Assembly (NCBI GenBank): GCA_951406725.2
Contig: OX597830.1
Coordinates: forward strand, 27,900,001 to 27,964,000
Length of the DNA stretch: 64,000 nucleotides
Direction: 5' to 3'
Source of the DNA: Octopus vulgaris
Lineage: Eukaryota
In this document: piece by piece, positions 14,725 through 31,037 of the stretch
How positions within the stretch are numbered: the stretch's first letter is position 1
How the letters are laid out: each line of letters starts with the position of its first letter
Notes under the pieces: model-generated
Database searches by the model: none
The model's input: the letters and a program-made list of their open reading frames with translations, nothing else
Told to the model about the DNA's origin: nothing
Position numbers and translations under genes: made by a program

Positions 14725-14982
14725 TATATATATATTTATATATACGCATACATAGTAAGTGCATACACATAAATACATCTGTCAATATATATTTGTCTCT
14801 TGATTTCTCTATTTAAATATTGATCGTACTTAATTTTTATTCGTACAAACGTATGTATACACCCATCTTCAGACAAAGCAAGTACGCATACGTACACATA
14901 CATATGAATGTGCATGTATATATATACACACGCATAATAGCATATATATATATATATATATATATACACGTACATAGAGACA

Positions 14983-15024
<42 letters not shown>

Positions 15025-15562
15025 TAAATATGTGTGTGTGTGGACACAAACATTCTCGCACATATACATACATGTATATATCCATACACACACGCGTATC
15101 TATAGGTTCACATATTTACGTACATAATTTAATGGGACGACAGACAAAGAAAGAAATAGATGAGTAAGTATCGGCAAACTTTGATATATGGACTGATTTC
15201 TCTATTTTCAGACACACAACTATGATATTTGACAATTACCCTTCAAGTACGTAGATATCGATGTCCGAGCACTCAGTAACAGAGGAAAAGTTGTAAATGC
15301 ACAGGCGACTGAAAGAGCGTTACTCCTTCTATCTACGGCATAGCCCCTGGGTGTCCTTACGAGCGAGGAAACTACGGAAGGGACTTCAGTTTCTAATCGT
15401 TAGTCGTCATAAACAAACAATTTACCCCACAAATAACAATGATTCCTTTGGAGAAGAAAAATATTTTCATTTGATCTTTATAGTCGCGTGGTTGGCAATT
15501 CAGTGGAAAGAAAAGTTGATCAGATCGGACCACAGTGTTGCAGTGGTATTAATTTTCTGCCA

Positions 15563-15792
15563 GCGGCGAGCTGGCAGAAACGTTAGCGCGCCGGGCGAAA
15601 TGCTTAGCGGTATTTCGTCTGCCGTTACGTTCTGAGTTCAAATTCCGCCGAGGTCGACTTTGCCTTTCATCCTTTCGGGGTCGATTAAATAAGTACAGTT
15701 ACGCACTGGGGTCGATATGATCGACTTAATCCGTTTGTCTGTCCTTATTCGTCCTCTCTGTGTTTAGCCCCTTGTGGGTAGTAAAGAAATAA
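15563..15792 (+). mobile_element. SINE family B, near full length
   Basis: Colinear with 12441-12657. Confidence 0.9.
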
Positions 15793-16379
15793 GTATTACT
15801 TTTCTCAGCTCTGGAAGAATGATGTTTTAATCAGCCTCGGTAAGATTTGAAGTCAGAATATAAAAGGTCATAAATAGATATTGTAAATCATTTCGTTTCA
15901 TGCTCTAATGATTTCATCAAAATAAATTTTTGTCCTTAATCTGTGAGTGGCATGTGAATTGCAGTTTTGTAACGCTAAATAGTACATTGTCTCGATAGAA
16001 AGCACCATAAATTCTCGAAAAGTGTTTTCTAGCTGTATAAAAGAAACAATTAACTTTATTACACGTTTCTCTCAAATCTTTGATTCCCCGTAGTGATATC
16101 AAAATAGGTTTCCGTATTACAATACAAGCATATTTAACGAAAAGTAATTTCTTAATAAGACACAGTTTAAACCTTATCAGAAGATTTAAAAGCCGCACAA
16201 ATGCCTCAGTACGCCGCCTAAGTTTCTTAGAAATACAATGACGAACTTAATACTTGATATATCACTAAGACTTGAATAATTTTCCGGTAATGAAATAACT
16301 TCCAATAGAGCTTTACAATATTATAATAACGCTTTACTTAGAAGTAAATATGTGTGTGTGTATGTGTGTATGTGTGTGT

Positions 16380-16710
16380 GTGGTGCATGGCTCAGTGGTT
16401 AGAGCGTCAAGCTTACGATCGTGAGGTTGTGAGCTCGAATCCCGGACCGGGCTGCGTGCAGTATTCTTGAGCAAGACACTTTATTTCACGTTGCTCCAGT
16501 TCACTCAGCTGTAGAAATGAGTTGCGACATCACAAGTGCCAAGCTGTTTCGGCCTTTGCCTTTCTCTTGGATAACACTGGTGGCGTGGAGAGGAGAGGCC
16601 AGTATGCATGGGCGACTGCTGGTCTTCCATAAACAACCTTGCCTGGACTTGTGCCTGGGAGGGTAACTTTCTAGGTGCAATCCCATGGTCAGTCATGACC
16701 GAGGGAGGTC
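16380..16710 (+). mobile_element. tRNA(Arg)-like SINE (family C)
   Basis: tggctcagtgg A box, ttACGat anticodon-like loop, tcgaatccc B box, then cttgagcaagacact..ttgctccagttcactcagctg body. Confidence 0.85.
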
Positions 16711-18146
16711 TCAGATATATACGTACGTTCTTATAGACAAATATATATGTATTATTATACACACACACAAGCACATATATAAGGAGAGAGACAGAGAAAG
16801 ACTGAAAGATAGACAGATAGATAGATACATATATAAATAAGCATGCTCGCTCACACACATATTTATGCATACTCATGAGAATTTAGTATTGTTCTTCATT
16901 GTACACACGCATTGCTGACGATTTTTTCTTTCATTCAATGTAAGATACTAAACCCATAAGAATTGATAAAAAGAAAATACATATGGTCCATACTATCTAT
17001 AAAAATGACGGATTTCATTCAGCTTTGTATTGTTACTGAAACGTACTAGTACGACAATAATACAAATAATAGGAAAAACATTGAAAATGTCGATATATGT
17101 AAAAAACAAAACTAGACGAAACAAAAAAATAAATACATAAATAAACATCCCACAGAAAAAGAAACCTATTTATTGTTCTAAAGTTGATAGATGTAAAAAA
17201 AAATAATAAAATGAAAAATAATGATCGTACATAAATACTGCCATTTCCATCAAATTACCAGTTTTTATTTTCATTTTGACAATCGAATTGTCTTGAATTG
17301 GTCTCCAAATGCAGCACAAAATTTGATTAATAACATACTTCTTTCTAACCAGCTTCAAAGGTGAGTTATTGTGTGAAGAACTATTGGATTATTTATCGCC
17401 ACTATTTCGAGGAAGAAGTCTTTTGACTTATAGAAATTGTCATGCGGATACACATGTGCACTCATATAAAATGGTGTAGTTATATGGTCCGTGCGTTCAC
17501 AGAATTTTTTGTTTTTATATACATTTTTCTAACAGATTACTGTAACGGGAAACAGAGTGTCTATATTTTGTATAATAAGCCGAAACCACAATGCAAATAT
17601 TCATAGAATGATATAGAAAAGACTCTTAGCATGTGATATATATTAATGCATGGGATATATGCTAGTGCATATGATATATTCCAGTGTATTTGATATATAC
17701 CAATGTGTATATATATATATATATAATGAAAAGCGGAGTTATCACACCGAGGTCCAACTATATTAACATCGAAGCAACAAAAGAGCTTCAAGGCGGTTGT
17801 TATTATTGCTGGAAATATTAAACAAAATTTAACACATCAAAACCTACTATCACAGAAAAAAAGAAGCCTCACGGCTTATGTAGTTTTGAAAGTGAAGATT
17901 ATTGGATGACCATCGTTGGAATGTCTTTATTCATAGGTCTGCTGAGGGACGGCGAGCTATGAGAGTCGTCAGAACGTTGGAAAACAGTGGTATTTGTCCT
18001 GGCACTGTGTTCTGAATTCAAATCGTACCAAAGTAATATTTGCCTTTTATCTCTCCAAGATCAATAAAATAAGATACGAGTCCAAAGACATGGTATCAAC
18101 TTCAGTCTTCCTCTTAACATTTCTTGCCTTGTACATTAATTGAAAG

Positions 18147-18223
<77 letters not shown>

Positions 18224-18600
18224 CATATATAACTGCTGTGTTAACGCTTACTTTACGCTATATATATACATATATAACATACATACATATATATATATAC
18301 ATATATAACTGCTGTGTTAACGCTTACTTTACGCTAAAATATCTTCTAGAATAAAGTATTATTCTTGCAATAAATTCATATTCCTGAAACTGTAGTAAAG
18401 ATTGTTTGCCACCATAATATGGCAGCCTTTGTGTGGGACTAATGTTGCTGTAATTTAGTCCCAGGAGATATCGTCTCCAGTTGGCTATACGCCAGGGTCT
18501 GTGTCCTTATATTTTCGAACAAGGAAATCTAGCACCTCCATTCAGCTTAAAACAATATCTATGTATCGTGATTTGAGCATTGGGGTCCCTCCTTCAAAAT

Positions 18601-18858
18601 ACCAATGGGGTTGATATAATCGAGTCGCCCCCTCCCTTCACAATAGCTATGTGGTCGATAATATCGAGTAGTCCCCTCCCTCACAATAGCACTGGGGTCG
18701 ATATAATTGAGTAACTCCCTCCCTCAAAATAACACTGGGGTTGATATAGTGAAGTAACTCCCTTCCTCAAAATAGCACTTGCGTTGACAAAATCGAGTTA
18801 CCCCCTCTCTCAAAATAGCAGTGGGTTCGATCTAATCTAGTAGCTCCCACCTTTCACC
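18601..18858 (+). repeat. Minisatellite, ~6 x 43 bp, derived from the SINE family B 3' segment
   Basis: Unit consensus gcactggggtcgatataatcgagtaactccctccctcaaaata; compare gcactggggtcgatataattgac at ~12583. Confidence 0.9.
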
Positions 18859-18919
18859 TGTTGTTATTGCGGATTGCAGTAATGACCATGATATCTACAA
18901 TGATGAAAATTATGATAAT

Positions 18920-19426
18920 TAGGATAATCATCATCATCGTTACTCTAAATTCATTTAGTTCTCTTGACTCTGACCATCATTGTGTTCTTCCTCATCGTCA
19001 TTACTTTTTTTCGCTCGAATTTTTCGTCGCAGTATAATATTGTCACAAACACTCAGTGACATACACTGACATACAACGTACGTCGTCATCATCATCCTCG
19101 TCATTATCATCCTCATCATCATCATAATCATCGCCATCTTCAACGCCATCATCTGCATCATCATCATTATCCTCCTCCTCATCCTCATCCTCTTCCTCAT
19201 CATCATCATCTTCATCATCATCATTACCGTCATCATCATCATCATCATCACAGACATCATCATTCCCATCTTTGTCATCACCACCGACACCAACACTAAC
19301 GCCAACCACCACCAGCCAGCACCACCAGCACCACCATCACATCACCAGCACCACCATCACATCACCAGCACCACCATCATCATCATCTCTACTACCATCA
19401 TCACCATCATCACCATCATCACTGTC

Positions 19427-19457
<31 letters not shown>

Positions 19458-19973
19458 TCATTATCATCATCATCATCATCATCATCATTATCATCATCAG
19501 CAGCATCATCATCTTCCTCATCACCGTTACCGTAATTGCTGCCGCCGCCAACTCCTCTAACACCACCACCGCCGCCAAAATTATCCACATCAACATCAAC
19601 ATCATCATCGTCGCCGGCGTCATGGTCATCGTAATCGTCAACAAAACAACCCACTTCTTTACCATAGTAACAACAATAACACCATCAATAACAATAGCAA
19701 CAAAAACAATTCCTTGTTTCGGCATGAGAACAGTAGTTTTGAGGGGAGGGTGCAAAGTCGATACTATCGGTTCCCTATGTGACAAATACTTAATTCTATC
19801 GACCCCGGATGTGGAGTAGGAGTGAAAAGCGAAATCCACAACGCTGGTACTTGAACTCACAATGAACGGAGCCGTTATTCTTCATAATCTTCCTATTTTT
19901 TCATTCTACTATTCTTATTAATCAAAATTCACATCATTATCACAGCAATCACCACCACCACCACCACCATAAT

Positions 19974-20012
<39 letters not shown>

Positions 20013-20660
20013 AATCATCATCATCATCATGATCGTCATCAACATTCGTCGTCGTCACCCTCCTCCTTATCATCAGCATCCTCATCATCGTCATTAACAT
20101 TCGTTATCGCCTTCCTCTTCCTTATCGTCATCATCGTCATCAACATTCGTTATCATCTTCCTTCGCCTCCAGCGCCTCCTCCTCCTTATCATCATCATCA
20201 TCATCATCATCATCCTCATCATTGTCATCAACATTCGTTATCAGCTTCCTCCTACTCCTCTTCCCCCTCTTCCTCATCATCACCGTCATCGTCATCACCA
20301 TTATCATCATCGTTGTCATCGACGTTGCTGTCAATAACTGTCGGCCATATTGCCCACGGCGTCGTTGTTGTTTATGTTGTGGTTGACATCTTCAACTTGG
20401 TCGTCACATCATCCACCGTTATCATCATAGTTGTAGATGCCCTGTAGTCATCGCCCTCATCGCTGCTGTCTTCGGTTTCACCATCACCGTCGTCGTAGTT
20501 TCCGCCGCCGCAATCTTCCTCCTCGTCGTCACAGCCGTTTCAGTGTTCGTCGTGGCCGTCGTGGTCATCGTCACCGTTGTTACCGCCACAGTAATCAATG
20601 TGGTGTTTGTAACCATTGCTGCCGTTGTTGTAATCGCCATCACCGTCGTTCTCGTTGTAT
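18920..20660. repeat. Compound trinucleotide domain (CAT/CAC/CCT/CGT) with a decayed minus-strand SINE at ~19700-19870
   Basis: Directly visible; source of poly-D/M/S/H ORFs. Confidence 0.92.
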
Positions 20661-21127
20661 GATTTAACTTCCATTTCGTTGGTTAGTTCCAACTGCAGAC
20701 TCTGTAGTTGTGTGAGCAAATTTCACCCTTCACTGGACAGTAATTGCTGCCGTTGTCACAACGTTTTAGTGTGGCATTTAGAGTTTGTATATAAAACAAT
20801 TATTGCCTAAGAATGTGGGTGAATGTTTGTGTATATGTATAATTGTATAACAGTGTATGTGTGCGCCAGCAAATTGGTGTTGGAAATAAGTACGGTGGGG
20901 GTGGTGTTCATTGTAGCAAAGTTGCAGATGGTCGTGCTAGTTGTAGCAACCATATACGAATTAAACTTGAGTATCCATAGAGTGTTATTCGTTTCGTGTA
21001 AATAATTGTATGCAAGCGACTACACATATACAAATATATATACATACATACATACATACATACATGCACACATATATTAATATATGTATATATGAGAGAT
21101 ACTAAATGTATATGTATACATATGTAC

Positions 21128-21609
<482 letters not shown>

Positions 21610-22094
21610 TAAAGAGATGTGTGTGTTTGTGTGTATGTGTTTGTGTGTGTTCTAATACTCAGGGTTCGGCGTGAATTGCTGATTAGATAACTCACGTTTC
21701 TGATAGATTTGACAAGTTATTATAACAAACTATGTACGATTGGACAGTCAATGGATTGGATGAAGGTATACAAAATAAAAATAGGATACTATAAATGTAT
21801 GTACGTGTATATATTTGAGCAATAGTATGCTTATTTATATCCGCACACATTAATAACATCTGTCTATTTGCTTATCTAGCTGTCTTTGTATCACCTCTCT
21901 ATCTATGTGTGTGCATGCGTGTTACAGCAGAGAAATAAAAAGCACACCAGATAATACAAGGACAAATACAAACATATATTCACGTGGAGAAAACACCTCA
22001 CTAAATGCTTTTTCCTTTAGTAACGTGGAAACAAATAATAAATGATTTATTTCAGATCAGACTGTCTTTGTATAAGTTACAGTTATATACACGC

Positions 22095-22195
<101 letters not shown>

Positions 22196-22760
22196 CATCT
22201 ACCTACCTACCTACTTACCTACCTACCTATCTACTTTTCTGTCTGTCTTTCTGTCTGTCACATACTATCGGCTTTTGTTATTCACTACTGGTCACAATGC
22301 TTTCCATTACATCACTGAGAAGCATTCAAATGATGATACTTCCCCGCTGGTTAGACGGGCTGGGTTATGGTGTATAAGACGAAAGCAAAATAGTATGATT
22401 TAGAGGAGTGTTGTGCTTTTGATATTGGCATTAGGTACTTTCGAAGCCATGATCAGGCCTCAAATCTCTTAGACTTTCTGCTTTTGACGAAGACGGAACG
22501 TCGAGAAAGGGTTTACAATCCTTTCACGTTTTCAGCAGGGTCAAACAATTTAGAGTGAAGGGTATGGTGGAGTTAATAGATTACTTACTTTATTGCTCCC
22601 GAAAGGATAGAAATAAAAAATGACCTCGTCAGAATTTGAACCTGAAGCCGGAATAAGAGCGACTAAGCATTTTTGGCGAGACTGCTAACAATTTTGGTAG
22701 CTCGCCCGCCTAAAAGACACATACGTACGTACACGTTTATGGTAGTTAAATGAAAAGTAC

Positions 22761-22804
<44 letters not shown>

Positions 22805-22905
22805 GAGGAGGAGTGTATAAAGTGAGAAATATACATGTATACGCAGATTCCTGCACTTATGTATATTGCTGAAGAGTTACGATGAATATCTTATTTATAC
22901 GTATA

Positions 22906-22997
<92 letters not shown>

Positions 22998-23234
22998 ATA
23001 TATATGTATACATACACACATACATATATGCACATATGAGTATATGAGGCTGTATAAACAACGGAGTAAAAGGTAACAAATAAATATTAAAAAATGGGAA
23101 TGAGATTTAGAGATAGAGAAGTTAGACTGAAACATATCCACAATAAAAAACTTTCGGAAGGGAGACAAGCAGGAAAAAAGATATAGAATAACAGCAGAAA
23201 CTAATTAAACATAGCGTGCAGGTGTGGCATTGGC

Positions 23235-23280
<46 letters not shown>

Positions 23281-23349
23281 GCAAGTATGTACATATATTC
23301 ATATCGTATGTTTGGCATATGTGTGAGTGTGTGTGTGTGTATGCATACG

Positions 23350-23382
<33 letters not shown>

Positions 23383-23457
23383 ATTCAACACACATACTTA
23401 ATACATATGCAGATACATGTATGTATATATATATGTATATATATATATGTATATATG

Positions 23458-23551
<94 letters not shown>

Positions 23552-23683
23552 TATGTATATATGTATATACATATATATATATATTTTATATATGTGTGTG
23601 TGTGATTATACTTAAATATATGCACATGTATATAGATATATGTATATTCATGTCTGTGTACATATATGTATATCAATATATGG

Positions 23684-23718
<35 letters not shown>

Positions 23719-24099
23719 CATACATACATACATATATATATATATATACACATACATACATACATACATACATGCATACATTTATATATATGTGTGTGTG
23801 TGTGTGTGTCTACATATATGTGTGTGAGTGTTCGTGTGGTCTCGTACAGATTACATACGCTTATATTGCCGGAGAGAGACAGCAAAATTAATTTTCTGCT
23901 GGACCTGATTGTCATAGATATACGAATCACGTGATATCTATGATAACCTCTTTCCACTTCGGAATCTACTCGTCATATCCATAGGTTTTTTTCTTGACTC
24001 TCTAATACGTTTTTCTACGATTTCTAATCGTATTATTTCACTGTAACTTTCCCCTGGTTTCTTCTTTTATTTTTAAACTTTTATGACTCTCAGATATAA

Positions 24100-24920
<821 letters not shown>

Positions 24921-24924
24921 TACC

Positions 24925-25440
24925 GTTCATCCGTTCGGGGTCGATAAAAAAAGTACCAGTTGCGTACAGTGGTCGATCTAATCGGCTACACCCTTCCCCC
25001 AAAATTTCGAGCCTTGTGGCTATATCACGCCGGGCATAATGTTCAAGGTGCCACGCGTCTGCCGCTACGCTCTGAGTTCAAATCCCGCCGGGGTCGACTT
25101 TGCCTTTCTTCCTTTGGGGGTCAATTAAATAAGTACCAGTTATTTACTTAATCCCTCCCCACAAATTAGAGAGCTTGTGACTCCAGTAGAAAGGATTATT
25201 ATTATTATTATTAACATTATTAGGGCGGTGAGGTAGCAGAATCGTTAGCACGTCAGGCGAAATGCTTAGTGGTAGTTCGTCTGTCATCACGTTCTGAGTT
25301 CAAATTCCGCCGGGGTCGACGTTGTCTTTCATTTTTTAGGGGGTCTATAAATTAAGTACCTTTGAAACTCTGGGGTCGATGTAGACGTGTAGTCCCCTCC
25401 CTCCAGATATCAGGCATTGTGCCTTTAGAAGAAAAGATTA
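24925..25440 (+). mobile_element. Cluster of about three SINE family B copies/fragments
   Basis: Repeated ggggtcgat..agtacc and ctgagttcaaat motifs; intact head at ~25224. Confidence 0.8.
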
Positions 25441-26660
25441 TCATTATTATTATTAATTGCAGTTGTTAGTTCGTTGAAACCAGCGGGGAGTATTTCTGTC
25501 TGACATTTATTTACTCACACATAGATACATATAGACAGAGGCATATCTACATTCTTGCGTAAGTACACACCTGCACTCACACTCAAACGCATACTCACAT
25601 GTATACTTGCACAAACACACGCGCTAATTTTGTGTAATTTTGTCCATTCTTCCCTCTCGTGAGCATTGAACAGCAATCTTTCACTGTCACTATCTATCTG
25701 AATATCTGTATACATATTTACCTAACCTCAAGCGCCCGCATGCGCGCAGGAACTTACACACTAACTCGCGCGCGCACACACACATATATATACATAACTA
25801 AATATACAAATATATATGCGTGTATGTATATATGCACACACACACATACACATATATATATATATATGCATATTTATATATATGTATACACGCATACATA
25901 TATACAACGGTCTCTTTACTCAGTTCTTCAACTCATTATTACTGTTTATTTTTTCAGTATGATATATATATATATATATATATATATACATGCATATATA
26001 TACATATATATACATATATGTGTGTATATATAATATATGTAAGTAAATATATATGGTTTATATATACATGCACACACCCATACCTATATTCACATGAGAA
26101 CGTATAAAAATATATAGGTATGTGTCTGCATATATGTATGTGCGAAAATGTTCGTGTCTGTCGACTCATACACACACTCACACACACTCACACCACACAC
26201 ACACAGACACACACGCGTGCGCACAGACACACTCATATATATATATATCTTTATATATGTATGTATGCATATATGTATGTATTCATATACAAATACCATG
26301 TATGCACATATTTAATTATAATTTCTCCTTTCAGTTGCGAGGTGTGGGTGAATGTTGGTATGAATTCATATGAAGTCAAGAGGAGGCGATTTCATTTAGT
26401 CAGTGTTGGGTGTATACTCTTGTAGAGAACAGAAATAGAAGATGAGGAGCTGGAAAACAAAAACTGCTTTTTAGCTTAGAATTTTTCTGAGTAGCTCAAA
26501 CTAGTTTAATCGACTTTCTGAAGTGACGTGTAGACTTGTTATTTGCTGAAGCAATAATCATTTTTCTAGAGACGTGGGAAGTGATAGAGAGTGAGAAACA
26601 ATGAAGGAAAGAGAGAAAGGAGAAGGAAGAAACTGAGAGGGCTAGAGGGAATGGGGACAG

Positions 26661-26795
<135 letters not shown>

Positions 26796-27429
26796 ACACA
26801 CACAGATAAACGGATGGGAGGAAAGGCCATTTTGTTTTGAGGAGATATAAAGAGATCTGACTAAATTATTGAGTGATAAAGAAGAGAAGAATAGAAAAGG
26901 TTTATTAATGATAGGAAAAAATAAAATTAACAACAAGTTATACGAACAAACAGAATATTCTATTTAAACTAAAACAGCAATTTGCGCAAGAAACCTATTA
27001 AAACGAAATAGTTAGTACGATATATATACATAAAGAAAATATTTTTGTTCCAACGCTACATAAAAAATAGGAGAACCGAAATAAATTCAAACATTGCAAT
27101 GCATTGTGGGTTAAATAACAATATAAACATTGTTTTAATGTACTTTCACTCAGAATGATGACAGGCTGTTTCACGAGTTATCGGTCACTTCTCAGAAAAG
27201 ATCGACGGGGGCTTCCTACCTAATCGCTAACATGGTATATGTAATTACTATATAAAGTAGTCACAAATTATGGTAGCTCCGTGACGACTAATCTACTTTA
27301 CATATTTGTACTTTTGACGGCTCATCATTAATTAAACAATATGTTCTTATATACAACAGCAAAAATAAGAAAATTAGATTAACTATTATTTCAACGAGAT
27401 TTTTTTTGTTCTTTGATATACAATCCATG

Positions 27430-28040
27430 TACGGAAAACTAGAACTGGGAGTCTCTTGACGAGCAGTTTTACGATTTGGTCTTTCTAGAAAATGCTCGGA
27501 AATGTGATTATGGAAAGTAGAAGTTTGAGGAAGACGCTTAAGAGTAAAAGAGTAACTCCAATTTGAGTTACAGAGGCACCTCTTATTGAAATTGTTACCT
27601 AGAATGTGAAAACGGCTATTAAAAAAGATGAAGACACAACAGATTACAGATAGACGTTATGATGCTGAAAATATTTGAAGGGCACGTACTCGTCATTCGC
27701 GTAGAATTTTTTGCCATACATCAGTATCAGGGCGATACTCTTGAAAGAAACAACTGCACAGTTGTCAGTAGCGGAGTGATAGGACGAGTTGGAAGGAAAA
27801 TGAGCTCGTACGAGCTACTGTTGTTGATAATGCTAGGATATACTACAACTACTGCCACCTTCTTGTGAGACAGTTACGAGACAAAGAGTAAGCTATTATA
27901 TCCAACACGTTGACACAGAGAACGAGTTTAAAAGCGAAAGAAGCTCTATAGGTTGCTGGTTACAAATGAAACTACATCTTCATGAGCAGTTTGTGCGAGA
28001 CGTACAGGAAACTCAAAGAGATCCAACTTACCTAAAAGAA
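27430..28040 (+). mobile_element. Decayed R4/Dong-like LINE fragment (RT C-terminal region)
   Basis: Broken translation with LRKTLKSK, MLKIFEGH, WLQMKLHLHEQFVRDVQE (cf. WxxKxLHGQF) in the expected order. Confidence 0.5.
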
Positions 28041-28179
28041 GTACTGTCAATGAGTTCACAGTAGAATTAAGTAAACAAAATGGTGTTCAGTAGAGCTCAT
28101 TTCATAGGTTCTTCTTTCTATGATAGTTTTCAGGCTCCACAAGAGCAGAAGTATATCGGCTGTGAATAGAAACATCTAT

Positions 28180-28870
28180 ATGCTAATAGTTCAAATTTTG
28201 TAGCGGAATCCGTCGAAGGTAGGGAGAGGGCTGGTCTAGTCTATCGAACTCAGTATTACACTGATACTTAGCTCATTCACATCGTAAGGATGAAAGGCAA
28301 AGTCATTCGCAGCGGAATTGCAACTAAGAACGTAAAGACCGGAAAAATTCCAATAAGCATTTTTACCGCTGTACTAACAATTCTACCTTTCGCCGTCATT
28401 AATAACAGAATAATAATGGCTTCAAGTTTTGCGACAAGGGGAGCCATTTTGGGAGAGGGGATAAGTCAGTTTCAACGACCCCATTGCTTCACTGGTACGT
28501 AATTTAATGAACCCAAGAGGATGAAATGCAAAGTCGACCTTGACGGAATTTGAACTCAGATCGGAGCGACGGGCGAAGTGCCGCTAAGCATTTCGTCCAG
28601 CGTGCTGACAATTCTGCCAGGGCTCGCCATCTTAGTATCAGAATAATAGTCCTATCTACTATTGGCAGAAGGCCGGAATTTTTAGTGGACCGGGGATTGG
28701 GTGTAGACTTGTCAATCATATTGACTCCAGTACCTGGCTGGTACTTATTTCATTGACCCCGAAAGGTTTAAAGGCAAAGTTAGCTTTCTCAGCATTTGAC
28801 CTCGCAGCTTAAAAAGCTGATAGAAATGCCGCCAAGAATTTCGTCCGACGTAGAAACGATTCTGCCTTTA
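28180..28870 (-). mobile_element. Cluster of decayed SINE family B copies
   Basis: gaaaggcaaagtc..ggaatttgaactc..ctaagcatttcg reverse-complement motifs repeated three times. Confidence 0.75.
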
Positions 28871-29071
28871 GTACAAGAATAATAATAAATGTTATGGCTA
28901 GTCAGACGATTCTAAATTTTTCGTCTCGCACCACAAAGCAAAGCATGAAGCCTATCCACCATATACAAAATTTCCGTAGCAAGGTGAAAAAATGTATTTA
29001 ACTGGCAATTTTTGCCTTACGTTATCATGATATCAAGCTATTTACATACACCCCCCCACACACACACAAAC

Positions 29072-29127
<56 letters not shown>

Positions 29128-29529
29128 TCATATATATATTAGGGAGTATAACACCAAACTTACAGGGAAAAATTCAATTTAGTATTATATCAAATTTCAC
29201 AATATAAATATATTAAATATATATAGGCCCTTTCTCTAATTTATATTTTATATTTATATATATATAAATATATATGAACATATACAAGCATACATGTGTG
29301 TGTGAGAGTGTGTATAGGTACCCACATACACACACAGATACGTGTGTGTGTGTGAGAGAGAAAATGTGTGAGTTTTTGTGTGTATTTATTTATATTTATA
29401 CACACGTGACGGAAGGCAACGAAATGAAATACTTAAAATTATGTATATCTTTCTTTACATTGACCAATTTTGAAATAGAGATGACTAAGTTATATATGAT
29501 TTAAGATGATTACTATACTGTCACATATG

Positions 29530-29560
<31 letters not shown>

Positions 29561-30232
29561 TATATAGAGAGAGAGAGTGGGAGAGAGAGAGACGCGCATA
29601 CACACACAGAGAAATTTACGTATATACAAATATGCGTGTGTGTGTATGTGTGTGTATTATACATATATCCATACGTGTACATAAATAGCTAGGCATGAAT
29701 GCATTCCATACACATACATACAGAAAGAAGGCGGGAGAGAGAAAGAAGGAGAGAAACGAGAGAGACAGAGAGAGAGAGAGAGGAAGAAAGGGTGAGAGCG
29801 CGAGAGAGAAACCGATGCATTTAAGTGTATGTATTTTTATTTTTAATATATGTCAAATTTATGGCATATCTCCAGTCACATAATTTGTTGTCTGCGCAGA
29901 AAAGTGATTTTGGGAAATGAGAATCCCCGTTAAATAAGATTTCCTTCCTAATCGGGTAAAACTAGAAGACTATTAAAAATAATTCAATTGCAATTGAAAC
30001 AACCAGAAACATATCTATATCTATCTATATATATCTATATCTCTATATATATGTGTGTGTGTGTGTGTAACTATGTGTTAGTGTTTGCTTGAATATATAT
30101 GCGTGTATTTTTACATCATTACATATTTAACTATGTAAAAATTCTAAGCTAGGATGTGCTTACGTATATACACAAACACACACACGTATATATATACAAG
30201 CGCATACATATATACATACATATGTATGTATG

Positions 30233-30299
<67 letters not shown>

Positions 30300-30532
30300 A
30301 TATGTATGTATGTATATATATACATATATAGGTTTGTGGTTCTAAAATCACATTAGGTGTTACAAACGTGTGTGTACGTATCCTTGACACACACACATAT
30401 ATGTATATAAATAATTTTGCACGTAGATACATATGTTTATCTCTCTCTCCTCTCTCTGTATCTACCTATATACATGCATGTGCTTGTATAACTATACGTA
30501 TGTATGTGCGTTAATGTATGAATATATTTATA

Positions 30533-30577
<45 letters not shown>

Positions 30578-31002
30578 ATGTATATATATATATATATGTA
30601 TATTTATATTTATATATACATATATATATTCTTAAATATTTAATCACATATACACTGAGACACACATCTATGTAGGTATGCGCAAAGATTCATTACATTT
30701 AGACCCATAGTTATACACATATGGGATTACAGATAGATTGACAGTTTAATGGATATACCGTATTGGAAATTGTAAACATTCACGTCTATTTATTTATATC
30801 TCCACACATAGAAAGCAAAACACTCGTAAAAATACATAGATACATACATAAAAACATAGATGTGTATATATGGTTGTATTTATGTATATCATCTATGTAA
30901 GTATATACTCATATATAGAAATACACACGCACTTGTATATGTATATCAATGTATATATTTATATATTTTTATACGTATCTCTCTCTCTCTCTCTCTCTCT
31001 CT

Positions 31003-31037
<35 letters not shown>

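Noticed and set aside
16380-16452. tRNA-Arg gene (also heads at 44765, 58238, 60100-60168)
   Set aside because: Continues into a SINE body, no clean acceptor stem or poly-T terminator
18601-18858. CRISPR array
   Set aside because: Contiguous units without unique spacers, SINE-derived, eukaryotic context, no cas genes
23859-23946. Possible phase-compatible exon (ISRDSYIYDNQVQQKINFAVSLRQYK) and a 13-bp hairpin at 23909-23946
   Set aside because: Purine-rich acceptor; hairpin too short for a pre-miRNA
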